Under the pieces are notes generated by a model. That model saw nothing but the letters and a program-made list of their open reading frames with translations. It did not search any database and was not told the origin of the DNA. DNA of 63,257 nt, counting the filler, from Bigelowiella natans CCMP2755 (Eukaryota; Protista; Cercozoa): assembly GCA_000320545.1 (NCBI GenBank). It is 3 parts of 3 records of this genome, joined end to end, with 100 filler letters (N's around TTAATTAATTAA, not from the genome) between each part and the next. Parts side by side here need not be neighbours in the genome. Positions count along the whole stretch, not along the records: positions 1 to 28,113 come from ADNK01001565.1; 2 more parts are not named here. One strand, given 5' to 3'. Both the position numbers and the translations under genes were made by a program. Positions 1 to 12,282 of this stretch are shown here, one piece after another (within the stretch, counting starts at the first letter, position 1; each line of letters starts with the position of its first letter).

Positions 1-28
1 AGAGAGAGAGACCCCACTTTAACATACG

Positions 29-67
<39 letters not shown>

Positions 68-73
68 TGTGTT

Positions 74-112
<39 letters not shown>

Positions 113-152
113 ATATATATATTATGGGATGTAATCAATACATCAAACAGGG

Positions 153-195
<43 letters not shown>

Positions 196-291
196 GCGCT
201 AGAGCACGCGCACACACACACACACACAGGCACACTTACGCGCCTCCCATGTTTATTTTTGAAAAAAATACATATATAATATACAATTCAT

Positions 292-2371
292 AATTTAATG
301 TGGTAACGATAGGTAATCCGAGTTTGTTGGTGAGCAGTTCTACCGATGAACGCTTTTGCGTCTTCTTCTTCATGGGCGCAAGTCTCCTGTTAGTCTTTGA
401 AGGAAAAAAGCTGCTTAAGGAAAATCAAGACTAAATCCCCCTTCCTTCCCCTCCATTTCCTTGTCTCCTCTTGCATGCACGCGCGTAGATATATCACGGC
501 ATAGAACGCCGCCCTGCTCTCTTTTGGTCATTTTGCTCTGCTTTACCTTATATGTCAAGTCGTGCAGCAATTCTCCCATTTTTTTCCTCTTTCTGTGCCC
601 GATGTTGATTGTAAAATCAGCGTTGGTGTCAATGTATTTCTCATAAATCTCCTGCGATAGCAAAATTTTTCGAATGAAAGAGCGGTAATAACAAGACTTA
701 AACTTTGCAAGACGACCATTAGATTTTGGCGCATTGATTCTTCTGAATTTAGGCCTTGGAGATGCAAATGCTGGCCAGACAAACAAAGAAGTGAGTGACA
801 ATCATCGAAAAGTTGGATTCGTTTGAACCAAAAAACCTAAATAGAACCAATCTTCCAAAATCATATTATCTTCGTAAGTGCATTAGCGATTCCGCTCGTG
901 CGGGTGCTACACACACACACACACGCACGCACACATTTTTACACAGACACTATATCACAGATATGTTATTCGCTCTCATCACATTGATTTAACTTTATAA
1001 CATGTATGACTGTGTGTGCATTCGTATGCAAATGTATGCGTGTCCACGCCTATTATGTGCACCACGTGAATGCATTCAGTCGCTTCATTTCCACAGGAAT
1101 ATATGAAAGATAATTGTAACTGCGATGTGTATGGATAGTACTTGAAACAAAATACAGTCTCTATAGAAGTATATATGCTCTGGGGACCTGCCAACAGAAT
1201 TCAACAAATATGCGTTTGGTGATTTTTGAGCGGGGGAACCAAATTTGTAGTGGTGGATTTTTTCCAGAGCGAAGTTCATTATCGGTTATAAATTTTCTTT
1301 CGCGCCGCACCTCTTCTTCTTCTTCTTCTTCTTCTTCTTCTTCATCATCCTCTACATCTCTCTAAATCTAAATCCGATTCCGATTCATTCTCACGCCGAA
1401 AAAAAATACTTTTTGTACGAATATTACCATTCTTTCCAGCAATGCCTTACAAACAGCCGCAGTACAGGTGTGTAGGCAAATACTAGTGAAAAATCCGGAC
1501 TGCTTAGATTATGTTGCGCCTTGCTATCTACAGCGTCCAGTTTCATTCCTTCGGATATTTTTGTTGGAATAATGACATCGTTCATTAACGTAGCCAGAGA
1601 CAATGGAAGGATACACCACGATAGCCAGATCAAGGAATGCTTGCTGTCGAACCCACCCCTTCCTCCCAACAGAAGAGCTACAACAGTCACTAGAGTGATG
1701 CATACGAATGCCACTAAGAGGCCTTTCAGCTTTTGATATGTCCTAAACGTGTCCTCAAGTTGTGATTGTCGGTACAGAAAGGCCACAAAGGGATATACGA
1801 TAAAGCCAATCAGTAGAGGATAAGTCAGGCTTCGAAGTCGGCATTCTTCAGCGGATACATCCATGTTATGCATCGGTCCCCAGTTGACGGGATCGAGGAA
1901 GAGGAAAGAGAAATTGATGATGAACATTACGGCTGTTATCCAGGCCACCCCGCCATCACTGAGGTGCTGCCGTATCATCTTAATGGTGCGTAATGCATTA
2001 GGGGGTAGAGCAGAGTCAGCAAAAGGTAGCTGGGTCTGAATCTTGGTTAAGTAGCACAGCTTACGAATGGGGCCTATCACTTGCCTCACAATGATTGCCG
2101 ACGCAACAGCAATCCAAAATTGGCACCAAATTACAATTGAGATGCACGAAAAATCTTCATCCGGAAGCAAAGTGTAAACCAGCCCCAGCACAGGCGCTGT
2201 GTACAGGCATGCGGAAAGGAGGAGTGTGAGTAAGAATGTGCTGCTGCCGCGTGACGTGACGAAGAAGCTGTTCCTATGGTTGGAGAAATCCCACAAGAAG
2301 AATGCCCCTGCGATGAACAGCAGCGCATGCACAGAGACTGCCACGGCCCAGTGGATGTACAGCGCCTTCAT
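292..2371 (-). CDS. 7TM-RGS protein (multi-TM N-terminus fused to a regulator of G-protein signalling domain); multi-exon, 3' end uncertain and may extend beyond the window
   Basis: Exon 1 (2371-~1428) encodes about 7 hydrophobic segments. GT-AG splicing joins LRLFVRHCWKEW|SPEHIYFYRDCILFQ|HLHLQGLNSEESMRQNLM|EIYEKYIDTNADFTINIGHRKRKKM, matching RGS-box motifs (F..E.S.E...F...C..F; I+.KYI...A...INI). Confidence 0.8.
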
Positions 2372-2439
2372 GGCGGACGTTTACCGCTCGGAGTCTCCGG
2401 AACGAGGAGAAGATCCGATAGATCTACATGCACAGAGTT

Positions 2440-2571
2440 TTCAAAAAATAAAATGGGCCCGAAAACCATGTCGCTTTACACAAAAAAGGTGACAAAATTA
2501 TGTCGCTTTTGAAAAAAGGATCCAATTCTTTGTCGCTATTTTAAAAAGGGTCCAAAACCATGTCGCGACAT
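2440..2571. repeat. Four degenerate ~30-32 bp tandem units ending in TGTCGC, in a divergent promoter region
   Basis: TGTCGC at 2469, 2501, 2531 and 2561, each preceded by a TTT..AAAAA-GG..(C)CAAAA-like stretch; the array ends in palindrome ATGTCGCGACAT. Confidence 0.75.
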
Positions 2572-2884
2572 CGATACTACCTCGTCCTGGTACATCTCGC
2601 AGATCTGCGGTGGAAATCCTTTCCGTTGGACTAAATATTTTCAATATTATGTCGTACCACTGTCTCGCCTTAGCATGATTAAGGGTGTAAGATGGGGCTT
2701 ATTTTCGAGGAAATAAATGCCAAAACTAGTGGGATTCTATACGGTAACTTACGTCCATTTGTTGCCTGAAAACCTGCCTCGAATCGGCATCTCACCCCCC
2801 TCACGGATTGCAGGACCAGGAGGGAATACTCGAGAATAGGAGGAGGAAACCTTTAAAGATTCATTCACTTTCATAAGGCTGCTG

Positions 2885-4143
2885 ATGATGCTGTTGCTCT
2901 TTTCAACTGTCCTCATTGCCCCTTGGACCTCTGCCATTTTCTCCACCTCAGCCGCTTCGGCTTCTGCCGATGCCGGCAAGATATCCTGGGGGGAGATGGA
3001 GCTCCTTCGCATGAGCGAGACGAAACCGGGCAACGTGCTCCCCAAATATTTCTTCATGCAGGGCAGTGAAGAGGGTGGAGAAGGTGGTGTGCGGATCGGA
3101 GGGGGAAGGGGAGATCCGATTCCATTCACACCGGATGACAGCTGTGACGACGACATCTTTGAAGGAGCGAACCCTGACTTGAGATCTCCACAGCTCCCAC
3201 ACCTCTCCCAAGACGATTGGGGGTGCGAACGCAAGCCAGCTAAAGTCCCCATCCTAGTTTATGAAAACAGGTCATCAACAATTTAAATTGGCTTGTGAGA
3301 GTGAAACTTGTGCACTGCACCACCAATTTTAACCCCCCCCCCCCCCCCCCCCCACCTCTTTGAACACGACAGCTATCTGCGTGCAAGTATAGCACCCCAA
3401 TGGGGAGGGAAGATATGGGCTCTCTATGACAAAGTCAACAAGAGAGAGATGCTTTACAACAACGAGGCCCATCAGCCCGCAAACATCGGCGCACTGAAAG
3501 CTTGGACAGCAGGGGGTTGCGAGTGGAACTGGTCTCCTGGAATCATCGGCCATAGCGCGTTTTCTGAGTCGCCAGTGTTCGCTGCCGAGATCGATACGGA
3601 ATTGGGACCTGCCCTACGCGTGTAATAATCCAGGGGAGTTACGGGAGGGTTGGTGCCGGGGGGGAAACGAATGTAGATGTATGTGAGCTAAGACTTTTTC
3701 AGCCTCTTATTATTATACCCGCCTCTTTTTTGCCCCTCTTCCCTCCCCATCCCCCCTTACATAATGCTTCAGATACGAATTCGATCGCTACAACAATACT
3801 GTTTGGCAAGTTGACATGGTTCTGAAAGGACCTACGCTGTGGGTACACCCGAAGGTAACAATAGAATGAGATGGGGGGGGGGGAGGGGGGAGGAGACACC
3901 TAACACTTTTCTGCCCAGTTGTCATATGTGTCAGGCAGTAGATGTTTCTCCAGATTTTTTGTAAAGTTTCTTTTAATTAATTCGACTGATCCTCTTTGTC
4001 TGCATCATCTTTCCTCTCTTCTCGCTCAACGCTCGGTAGGTCTCGAATCCCACGGAGAACGACGTGCGAGGATACTGGTGCGTAGATCGATTAAAGGCAT
4101 ACATACATAAAAGAGGGAAATCGTGATATGTCGGCTCGCACAG

Positions 4144-4186
<43 letters not shown>

Positions 4187-5875
4187 TTTCCATTCAGATA
4201 TAAACGCTATGCGAGAGTTGTGTCGACCCAGAAGAGAAGCATCGTGCTAAATTTTGCTTTGTCTGGCAGGTGGACGTGCGTGGCGCACACCATCACGGGG
4301 GACAGCCGTGTCGTGACGCCAGCAACGAGTGCCGTTCAAACCTCAATACCCACTAACGAGGCAGTGACTGTGGCCAAATCCGCCTGGCCCGTATTCGCAA
4401 CTTTCATCAAGAACGAGTCCTTCTGCGGTGTACGGCCATCGTCTTCCCCGTATTCGTACAAAGGTGCTGACAACTCCTACTACGGGAACATACCAGGCCA
4501 CGTCGACATCTTTGTTCGCATTCCAAAGCCACGCACGCCCTACATCGCACACAGCTCTCCAGACGGCTACTCCATCGTGCACGGCCATGAGCTGAACGGC
4601 ACCAAGTTCTTCACCTGGGGCACTAATCCGATGGCGAACTTCTGGATGGATTTCCTTGCCGGGGGGAAGCCGGGGGGGGGGGACTATGCTGAGCTGCAGG
4701 TAGGCCCTGCTCCCACTCAAATGCAAACGTTCTCGCTTCCCAAGGGCTCGCAGAAGGAATGGACTGAGTTCTTCCGCGGCTTCACTGGCAATAAGGCGAA
4801 GTTGATGGACGACAACGATTATAGCGAAGCTACCGGTGAGATCGAACGCCATCTCCCCTCTTCTCAGGAGACCGAGAGCATGCATGCTGCGCTATCGAAG
4901 ATCTCCGCCATCCCCGTCAAGCAGCACAACATCATCCACAACGGCTCGTCCTGGGGTGCGCTGCACATGGCTCTGGTGGCCAAGCAGGGCGGAGATGTGG
5001 GGTTCGCTGACGCAGAAGCATTCGAAATCTCCGGGCTACTGTTCCCCTTCGTGGGGCGCGATGAACGAGAGGTTAGGCCGTGGCGTGAGCTTCTAAGCGG
5101 CGGGGCCTTCTCGAAGCGGTCGCTCTCTGCGTCGCCGTTGTCCTTCATGACGAGGAGAGAGTGGGCCGAGCTTCTCTCGGCGTCGAAAAACGTCACCTGG
5201 CTACGCGCCCTGCACCTCGGCGTGCACTTCGCAGAGCGGGGCGACACGGAAAAAGCGATGCAGCTGTTCTCGGAATCTATCCGACTTTCCCCCTCCGCGC
5301 AGGCATACCGTTCCCTCGCTGTGCTCTCCAGTGACTCTAGTTATGCGACGGGCAACTACACGCTCGCGTGGCGCTTGGCAAAGGGTGCCGCGTTTGAAGG
5401 CGCGGACCGGCTTAGATCTGCCCTCGCCAGTGAGATCGCTCGCTTCCTGAATGGCCGTGCAGCATCAGCAGGCACACCAGCAGAGCAGAAGGAATGGCTA
5501 GAGCGAATTCACAACCTCCTACTAGACGTGAAGTCAGCTCCAAACGCGGGGGAGATCCTGGCCAACGACAATGTTCTGGCGGCACAGACGCGGGCGCGTG
5601 TGCAGCTTTCGGGCGAGTTGGATGCTGCCATCGCCACGCTAAGCAGCCAGTGCTTCCCAACCTACGGGAGTGAGAGGGCGGAGCTCATCGAGCTTTGGTA
5701 TGACGCGCACTACCGTAAAGCTGTAATGGAGGAGAAAGCGGCGGGGTCGAGCGTCGATGAGTTGAGTCCGGTGGAAAAACACCGTATTCGCCGCAACAAT
5801 GCCATTCCTGCCAATATCGGATGCCCCTACCCCGATAACACGTGTACGTCCTACCAGCGACCCGGTTTACATTAG
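2885..5875 (+). CDS. DUF5107-family protein with signal peptide and TPR-like C-terminal region (5 exons)
   Basis: Hydrophobic N-terminus MMLLLFSTVLIAPWTSA. Motifs YLRASIAPQWGGKIWALYDK..REMLYNN...QPANIGALKAWTAGGCEWN, RVYEFDRY, GYW|WTCVA, GTKFFTWG and YAELQVG.APTQ are typical of DUF5107. In-frame GT-AG introns; long last exon ~4270-5875. Confidence 0.8.
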
Positions 5876-6238
5876 CGACGCAACCTTGTACGTAAATTGA
5901 CTTGTGCGGGAATATCACAAGAGCATGCGAAGCAGTGGCATGATGAAAAATACGAGAGTGTGCCTCATCCGCACTCCTTCTCATTCAGATTATTCGGATT
6001 ATTTCCCCAAAATCAGGGAATGAAACGGTGAACACGAGTGTTGACGCCTCTGTTTCGTGGGGACACTAATGGTTTTCCCTTCTAATACGTGGGTCCGCTG
6101 TGGGAAACGTCGTTATGTGCTATGCCATCTAATAATAACATGCTAGCATGGCTACATAGTTATCCAAGAATCTGGACTATTCCAGTATGTTTGTGGTGCG
6201 TTTATTATTTATGATGCGATTGCGATAGGTAGTCTTTG

Positions 6239-6284
<46 letters not shown>

Positions 6285-6794
6285 CATCATTTCTAAGCAA
6301 TTTAAGCTGCATTATACACACAAGGTCGAGCAAGCGCAGAGTGCAGCGGAAATCGGGCTATGCGGGCGCGCACGCTCCTTGCATTTATTCAAAATTCATT
6401 GCAATAAGATAATATCATCAAGCTAGCAAGCAAAGTTCTCATTGTGATGAGATAGTGCAATCATGCGCTGTATCGTATGCATCTGCTACATACGCATGTT
6501 CAATAAGATCGGATATATAGCACTAATACACTAGTATCATTCCGTGCTGTTCATGTCGCTCAGTTGTAGTGAATGCGGTGCAACTGTTGTTTATTAATCA
6601 TTTCCAAACTCCAACGCATGGGAAAATTGAAAGATATCTGACATGCAGGAGAAGGAGGACACGTCGGTTACAAATTATCTGTTTTAACGATGGTATCATC
6701 GTCGCGATGAATGATGTTGATGAAAATTACCCTCAGTAAACAATTTACAAACGCGGTAGAGATTGGCATCGAAACTAGATAACCATAGCTCTAC

Positions 6795-7495
6795 TTAGAA
6801 GGACAGACTGGACTCGGTTGATGGGGCATTCGCCTGGAGCTGAGATTGCAGTTTCCGGAACTTAGCTCGTATCTGATAACATTTCATCCACACTAGAGTT
6901 AAAAATGCTTTATATTAACCGCGAGAATGATTACTTTGTCTTGGATCTCCGAGAGATTCGGAGCGTTGGACTCCCCAAAGGGATATTCCTTTAGAAGTTT
7001 GGCCAATTGTGAGGTCTTTCCTCTAAACCTGCAGTGAGTAAACAACAAAAAGGGATTCATGATTTATTATCATTTTGTTTTGTAATAACTCCTGCCGAAT
7101 GTAATGGGCATATTCCTGCTTACCTTTTATTTCGGTTCTTATTTTTTCCATCATTGGCTTTCTCCAATGACTCCAAAATCGAGATAAACCCCAGATAAAA
7201 TCCCATCTCCATCGCTGTTTTCTTCCCTTGGTCCTCTCCCTATCCAATCAGTAAAAAAAAATGTTTTTCTAATACATTTTATATAGAAAGTGATACTCAC
7301 CAGACTTCGACCCTCCTCCAATCCTTTGGCGCGACCATCCTCGATCCCCCTCTGCTTCCCTTTCTTATGTATTTCCTCTTCCATATTGAAGACGCAATCG
7401 AATATTCCTTCATCCTTACTTTTTCTTTCTAAGACCTTCCCTTCGTCGCCTCCAAGCTCATCATTATCTGGAGCAGTGGCAGAAGGAGTTTCCAT
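6795..7495 (-). CDS. LTO1: LTO1/ORAOV1-like protein (Yae1_N deca-GX3 motif; CIA adaptor for Rli1/ABCE1), 4 exons
   Basis: Spliced product IFDCVFNMEEEIHKKGKQRGIEDGRAKGLEEGRSL|GEDQGKKTAMEMGFYLGF...|...LLKEYPFGE...EIQDK|IRAKFRKLQSQL...SF* follows the ORAOV1 pattern (GxxxG repeats, E+G.Y.GF, IR.KF). Confidence 0.8.
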
Positions 7496-8026
7496 TCCTT
7501 CTGACTGTAAGATTCAGATCATCGAAGAAGCATAAGAAAAGTCAATAAAATAGTTTTTCATGGTATTTATCATACTGCGACAATGAATAGGGATTTTAAT
7601 AATGCAAAATATGGCGACGTATCAAAATAAAAACAATCTCTTCATTACCATATATTTTATGCATTTATTGTAGATATATCAAGCATAAAATATTGTCTGT
7701 ATTCCACCTCGCCTGTCGTTGTTTCGATTCCAAGTCCTTTCGATGCATCTCGCAGATCATTGTCCTTATTCTTAGATATCTCCCGCATCATATTCGTCCT
7801 ATCCGAAAGCCACAACCATTCAAAGCTAAGGGTTATCCAATTTATTCTGCGATACTTGCATATGTAATGCATTTTTTGATATAAATATGTATAAACTACA
7901 ACTAAATGTATAAATCTACGGCATTTACATATTGAAATATTTACCGAATAAAGCATTGTCAGCTCGATATTTTTCTGGAGCACTCACATTCCAGCGTGTT
8001 GCCCTTTCTGGCCCCGGCCCACGAGG

Positions 8027-9507
8027 ATGGCAGGGGGGGGCGCAAAGCAGAAAAGGGTGAAGGAGATCAAGGTTATCAAACCCAAAAGTTTATTGGTGCC
8101 TATTGTAGTTGCCTATAGCATATGCGGCGGTTGAACGACTGTTCACATTGTAAGACTACGAAGTGCCAAATCGTACGTGATCATATTCAGGCGAAGCTTG
8201 TTGATGTCAACGCCACTATCAAAAGTAACCAAGATGCTGAATCGGTAGGGTTTGCTAAGCGGATAATGAGCAGCAGCTATTCTTCCTCCACTAATGGGTA
8301 TGCCTTTCCCTGTAGGAGGAAAGGCGTGTCCGTAGACTTCTGAAAAAGCTGCGGGATCTAGACCTTGACATCCAGGATATCCTCGTATGTTTGTTCCATA
8401 AAATTAGCTACATCGTCAGCTTGGTGTCATACACACCGCGAATTAACGAAGATATTGCTCGCGTTTCTCTCTACTTGCTGCACAATATGCATAAATATGC
8501 ACACATACATATTCAGGCCACGCGTATTCCGAAGCATCTGAAAGACTTGAAGAAAAAATGGGTTGCCACCAACCAAGAGCTCGCCAATGAAATTATCAGG
8601 TCGATATACACACCATTTGCTATATGTGTACCGAAACATCGCGCGGAAGCCAGCTCTTTTGAACGGGCCTGTTGCGTATCTCTGGCGCTTGATCGAGCGA
8701 GACATGCATCCAAATTAAGAAAAAGACCATGAATGTATGTGGCACTCATCGTGTTGTTTGAGAAAGAGCGTCTCTTATTTCTTCAGCACATGGCGTGAGA
8801 TGTACACTGACTGGAAGAAACAGCAAAAAGAAGAGAGCGACCAAGTGAGAGGGAGCGAGTGCAGCAGCAGCAACACCAGCAGCAGTATTAGTACCGGTGA
8901 TAAAAAGCGAAGGAAACTACAGATGTCTCTCCCCCCTGAGAACTGCCCTCCTAGTGGTAGGATAACAATTCGGCCAATAGGATAATGGCGAGGAATAGTG
9001 AAAAGGGCTATCATTCGTAGTCTATTCGTTTAAGCCTACTCTCTTCTATAACAGCTGCTATATTTTGGCGCGGCAATTAGACTGACGGAAGATATGTTGG
9101 AAAAAGAAATTGAAAGATCCATCAGCTTCCTCCTTCCCCTCTTTGCCGATCCCAATGTGCCTATTATCACTAGCATTGCCCATATCCACCACCCAAATGA
9201 CACCTATCCTCCTTCTTCTTCTTCTTCTTCTTCTTCACGTTTTTCCTTTAGGAGAAGGGACTGCTCCTTCTGCTACACGCTACACCAAAGGCAAGACGCC
9301 TGAGATTATAGAGTCGCCCATCATTGTTGACGAATTCAACCGCAACAAGATTCCTAGCCTCAAGCAGCTGTGCACACAAATCCTCAAAGATCATATTCGG
9401 AAGGTGGCTACATGGGAAGAGGACGGGGGGCGGGATGGAGAAAGATGCTTACTACTTCGAAGCGAGAATATGCATGTACTGGTGTAGAAAGACGAGGGGA
9501 GAGAGAT

Positions 9508-9550
<43 letters not shown>

Positions 9551-9682
9551 AAATACTTATTATGACTGTGAACATCGTATAATTGTATATTGCTGCCACC
9601 ACTATTAGTATTTATAGCACAAAAGTCGTTATACAATGATACGCACAAAGATGACATAACATGTTCAATAATATTATATGTG

Positions 9683-9752
<70 letters not shown>

Positions 9753-10360
9753 TATCTATGTGTAGGTCCAAACCTTGTCGGCCACACTAGCGGGAAGATT
9801 GCCCACGAACGTGCTGCAAACATGCTTGCATGGATGCACTGCTGGTAGTCCACAATGATGATGATGATGATGATAATGATGATGATGATGATGATGATGG
9901 TTGTGGTGGGTGAAGGCTTAACGTATTACCTTCCACCATGCACTCTGCTCCTCTCCCCAGAACCACAGAAACGCACATACGAACGCCCTCTCCAGTGAAA
10001 ATTAACAAATCCCTTATCGATGTCGTCTTTGTTTCGACTAGAACATCTCGCTGTCCTCGAGCTGAATAGCCCTTACATAACGAAGGACACTGACTTCCTG
10101 TGGGAGAAGCACTATCGCAAGCAGCCTTCTTCTCGCAGGGGGGGGGGGGGGGGTGGGGGTCATGAGGAAGAAGTGAGATCTCTCTATTATTCCGTTCATT
10201 CGGTTTGCTACATTATTTGGAACCTAGCGACGTCAAATAAGATAATGCATTTGGGTCTTACTTTGTATAGTATGCAAACTGTGTGGACATTGCATATGCA
10301 TGTTGTGTGTATACTTCCTTCTCACTCTCTGAACAACCTATTCCCTACAAACTCCTTCTA

Positions 10361-10402
<42 letters not shown>

Positions 10403-10685
10403 CGGTTGCTCTTCTCGGCACTCTGTACGACCCTAATCGCCTAAGCTTTGGGATTCGAAACTTGCCCGAAAACCCAAAGTCGTGGCGTGAGGAATTCCAG
10501 AAAAGAATGCGAAAGCGAGAAGCCTTCGTCGAGAAGACAACCAAGGTACTGTGGCCGCAGCTACTCGCAAGAAAATCAATCAAACATCGACCCCACACGC
10601 GGAAGTGTATGGTCTCGCGAACTCTCTCTCCCCCCATAGAAATGTAGAGTAATCGCACGCTCACGCGCGCCCATAAGTAAATATG

Positions 10686-10726
<41 letters not shown>

Positions 10727-11142
10727 GAGCTGATATTTAATTTAATATTTGGAATCGTGCTTTGAAACAGAAACTCGCTCGCAAGTCGGCACAACGCCGG
10801 GAGGAGAGAGAGCGCAACCTCAAGACAACACTCATCAGCGGGTATGCAATTTGCACATACGCTTCCGCTTCTAGCACCCCTTCGTCCCCCCCCCCCACCC
10901 CCCCTTCCCCCTCCGCCGCCTCGTCCGTTTTCCTTAGGTGTCACACGTAAAGTGATACGTTAATGTCGTCGTTCAGAACGAAGCGGATTAAGCAGCTACA
11001 TATAGTTCGCAAGACAACAGTAGTGAACGGCCGTCCCCAAACTACCAAAAGAGTCATCGCATCGTCTTCCTCAACTGGCAAACGCAAAGCCGCGCCTCAG
11101 GGCGCAGGAGCCAAGCTCTTCGCAAAGTTCAGGCGTAGATAG
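8027..11142 (+). CDS. ELOA: Elongin A-like transcription elongation factor (TFIIS-N-like domain + BC-box/Elongin A domain), multi-exon
   Basis: N-terminal exons LLKKLRDLDLDIQDIL|ATRIPKHLKDLKKK..ELANEII..W (TFIIS-N-like); BC-box IPSLKQLCTQILKDHI; LAVLELNSPYITKDTDFLWEKHY; KSWREEF; basic C-terminus ...KLFAKFRRR*. Confidence 0.75.
9508..9900. repeat. Representative intronic microsatellite cluster: (AG)n, (TA)n-(TG)n, (GAT)n; dozens of similar tracts occur across the window
   Basis: Directly visible perfect di- and trinucleotide runs. Confidence 0.95.
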
Positions 11143-11883
11143 ATAGATAGATAGTAGCTCCTGTTATTCTAATGAAAGACGCACGTCGTCGATAGCGACG
11201 GGAGCAAATGATGAATGGCATGGTTGCGCTAATAGGCGAAGTCATGAAGCCATGCTAGCGGTATGAACATTGATATCGTTATATAGTTTCATTCCTATGG
11301 TACGCAACAACAAAATAACAACGCACCGATTCGTGCATGGGCCACACATATGCGTAGCAACCTTTGTGATTTATAGCTGGTTTTTATGAAGCATGTGTAA
11401 TTACATGAATGTCCCACTTTAAACAAAAGAACTATACATGCGCTGTACACGTACCAGCTAGTAGACCGCGCTCGAATACTTGCATGATATGTATATGTAA
11501 TACAATGAAGTTAAAGATGAAACTTCATAGCTCTCTACTTTTTGTTACAAGAACCACATCGTTATTGACCACGAACATTGTGTTTATATGTGTGCCCGTA
11601 CGGCAAGCGATATTGCCAAATTATGGGATACTGTAATCATGCGCAGTGCGCGTAAATCATTGTTTCTAGAAGGGTAAACAAAATCCTTTTTGTGCCCCAA
11701 ATACTAATACGATGCAATTGCATGGTTGACAGATGACTGGCTAACAGCCTGCAGTTTTCAACTTCCCCAGCAAAATTAAATGGGCAAGTACGACTAGCAC
11801 AAGTTTCTCGCAGAGTTATTTGTGGGCTACGTAGACTAACAGACGAATATGTACAACGCGCCGCCATAGTATCTATTTCTAGC

Positions 11884-12218
11884 TCAATACTTGGCTGACT
11901 TCCTTCGTCTCCTCATAAACATGCCTTTGGCCTTTTTAGATTTGACTGATCCCCTTCCTCTTAGCTTTGATGGTTTTATAGGCATAATCTCTTTTGGACT
12001 TCCTGGCATTCCTGTAGCTGCGAGGATGACTCTCGTGCCCCGCATCTTGAGGCTTTGGAGACATCTCGGGGTTGAAATTGAGGGAAGAGGGTTCGTAGCC
12101 AGTTTCACGCTCTTCAATTTCTTGAGATCTCCAATTGTGGAAGGAAGGGAATCGAGTCGATTGTTTGAAAGATTCAGCTCCTGCATCTCGCTTAAGATAT
12201 CTAATGAGAGGGCAAATG

Positions 12219-12282
<64 letters not shown>

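Noticed and set aside
2440-2571. Possible CRISPR-like array
   Set aside because: Units are degenerate tandem repeats without unique spacers; eukaryotic context and no cas genes.
9686-9752. Compound (TA)n-(TG)n microsatellites as products of TA->TG mutation
   Set aside because: Compound repeats are common in many genomes and arise by point mutation plus slippage; they cannot be tied to the TpA desert from sequence alone.
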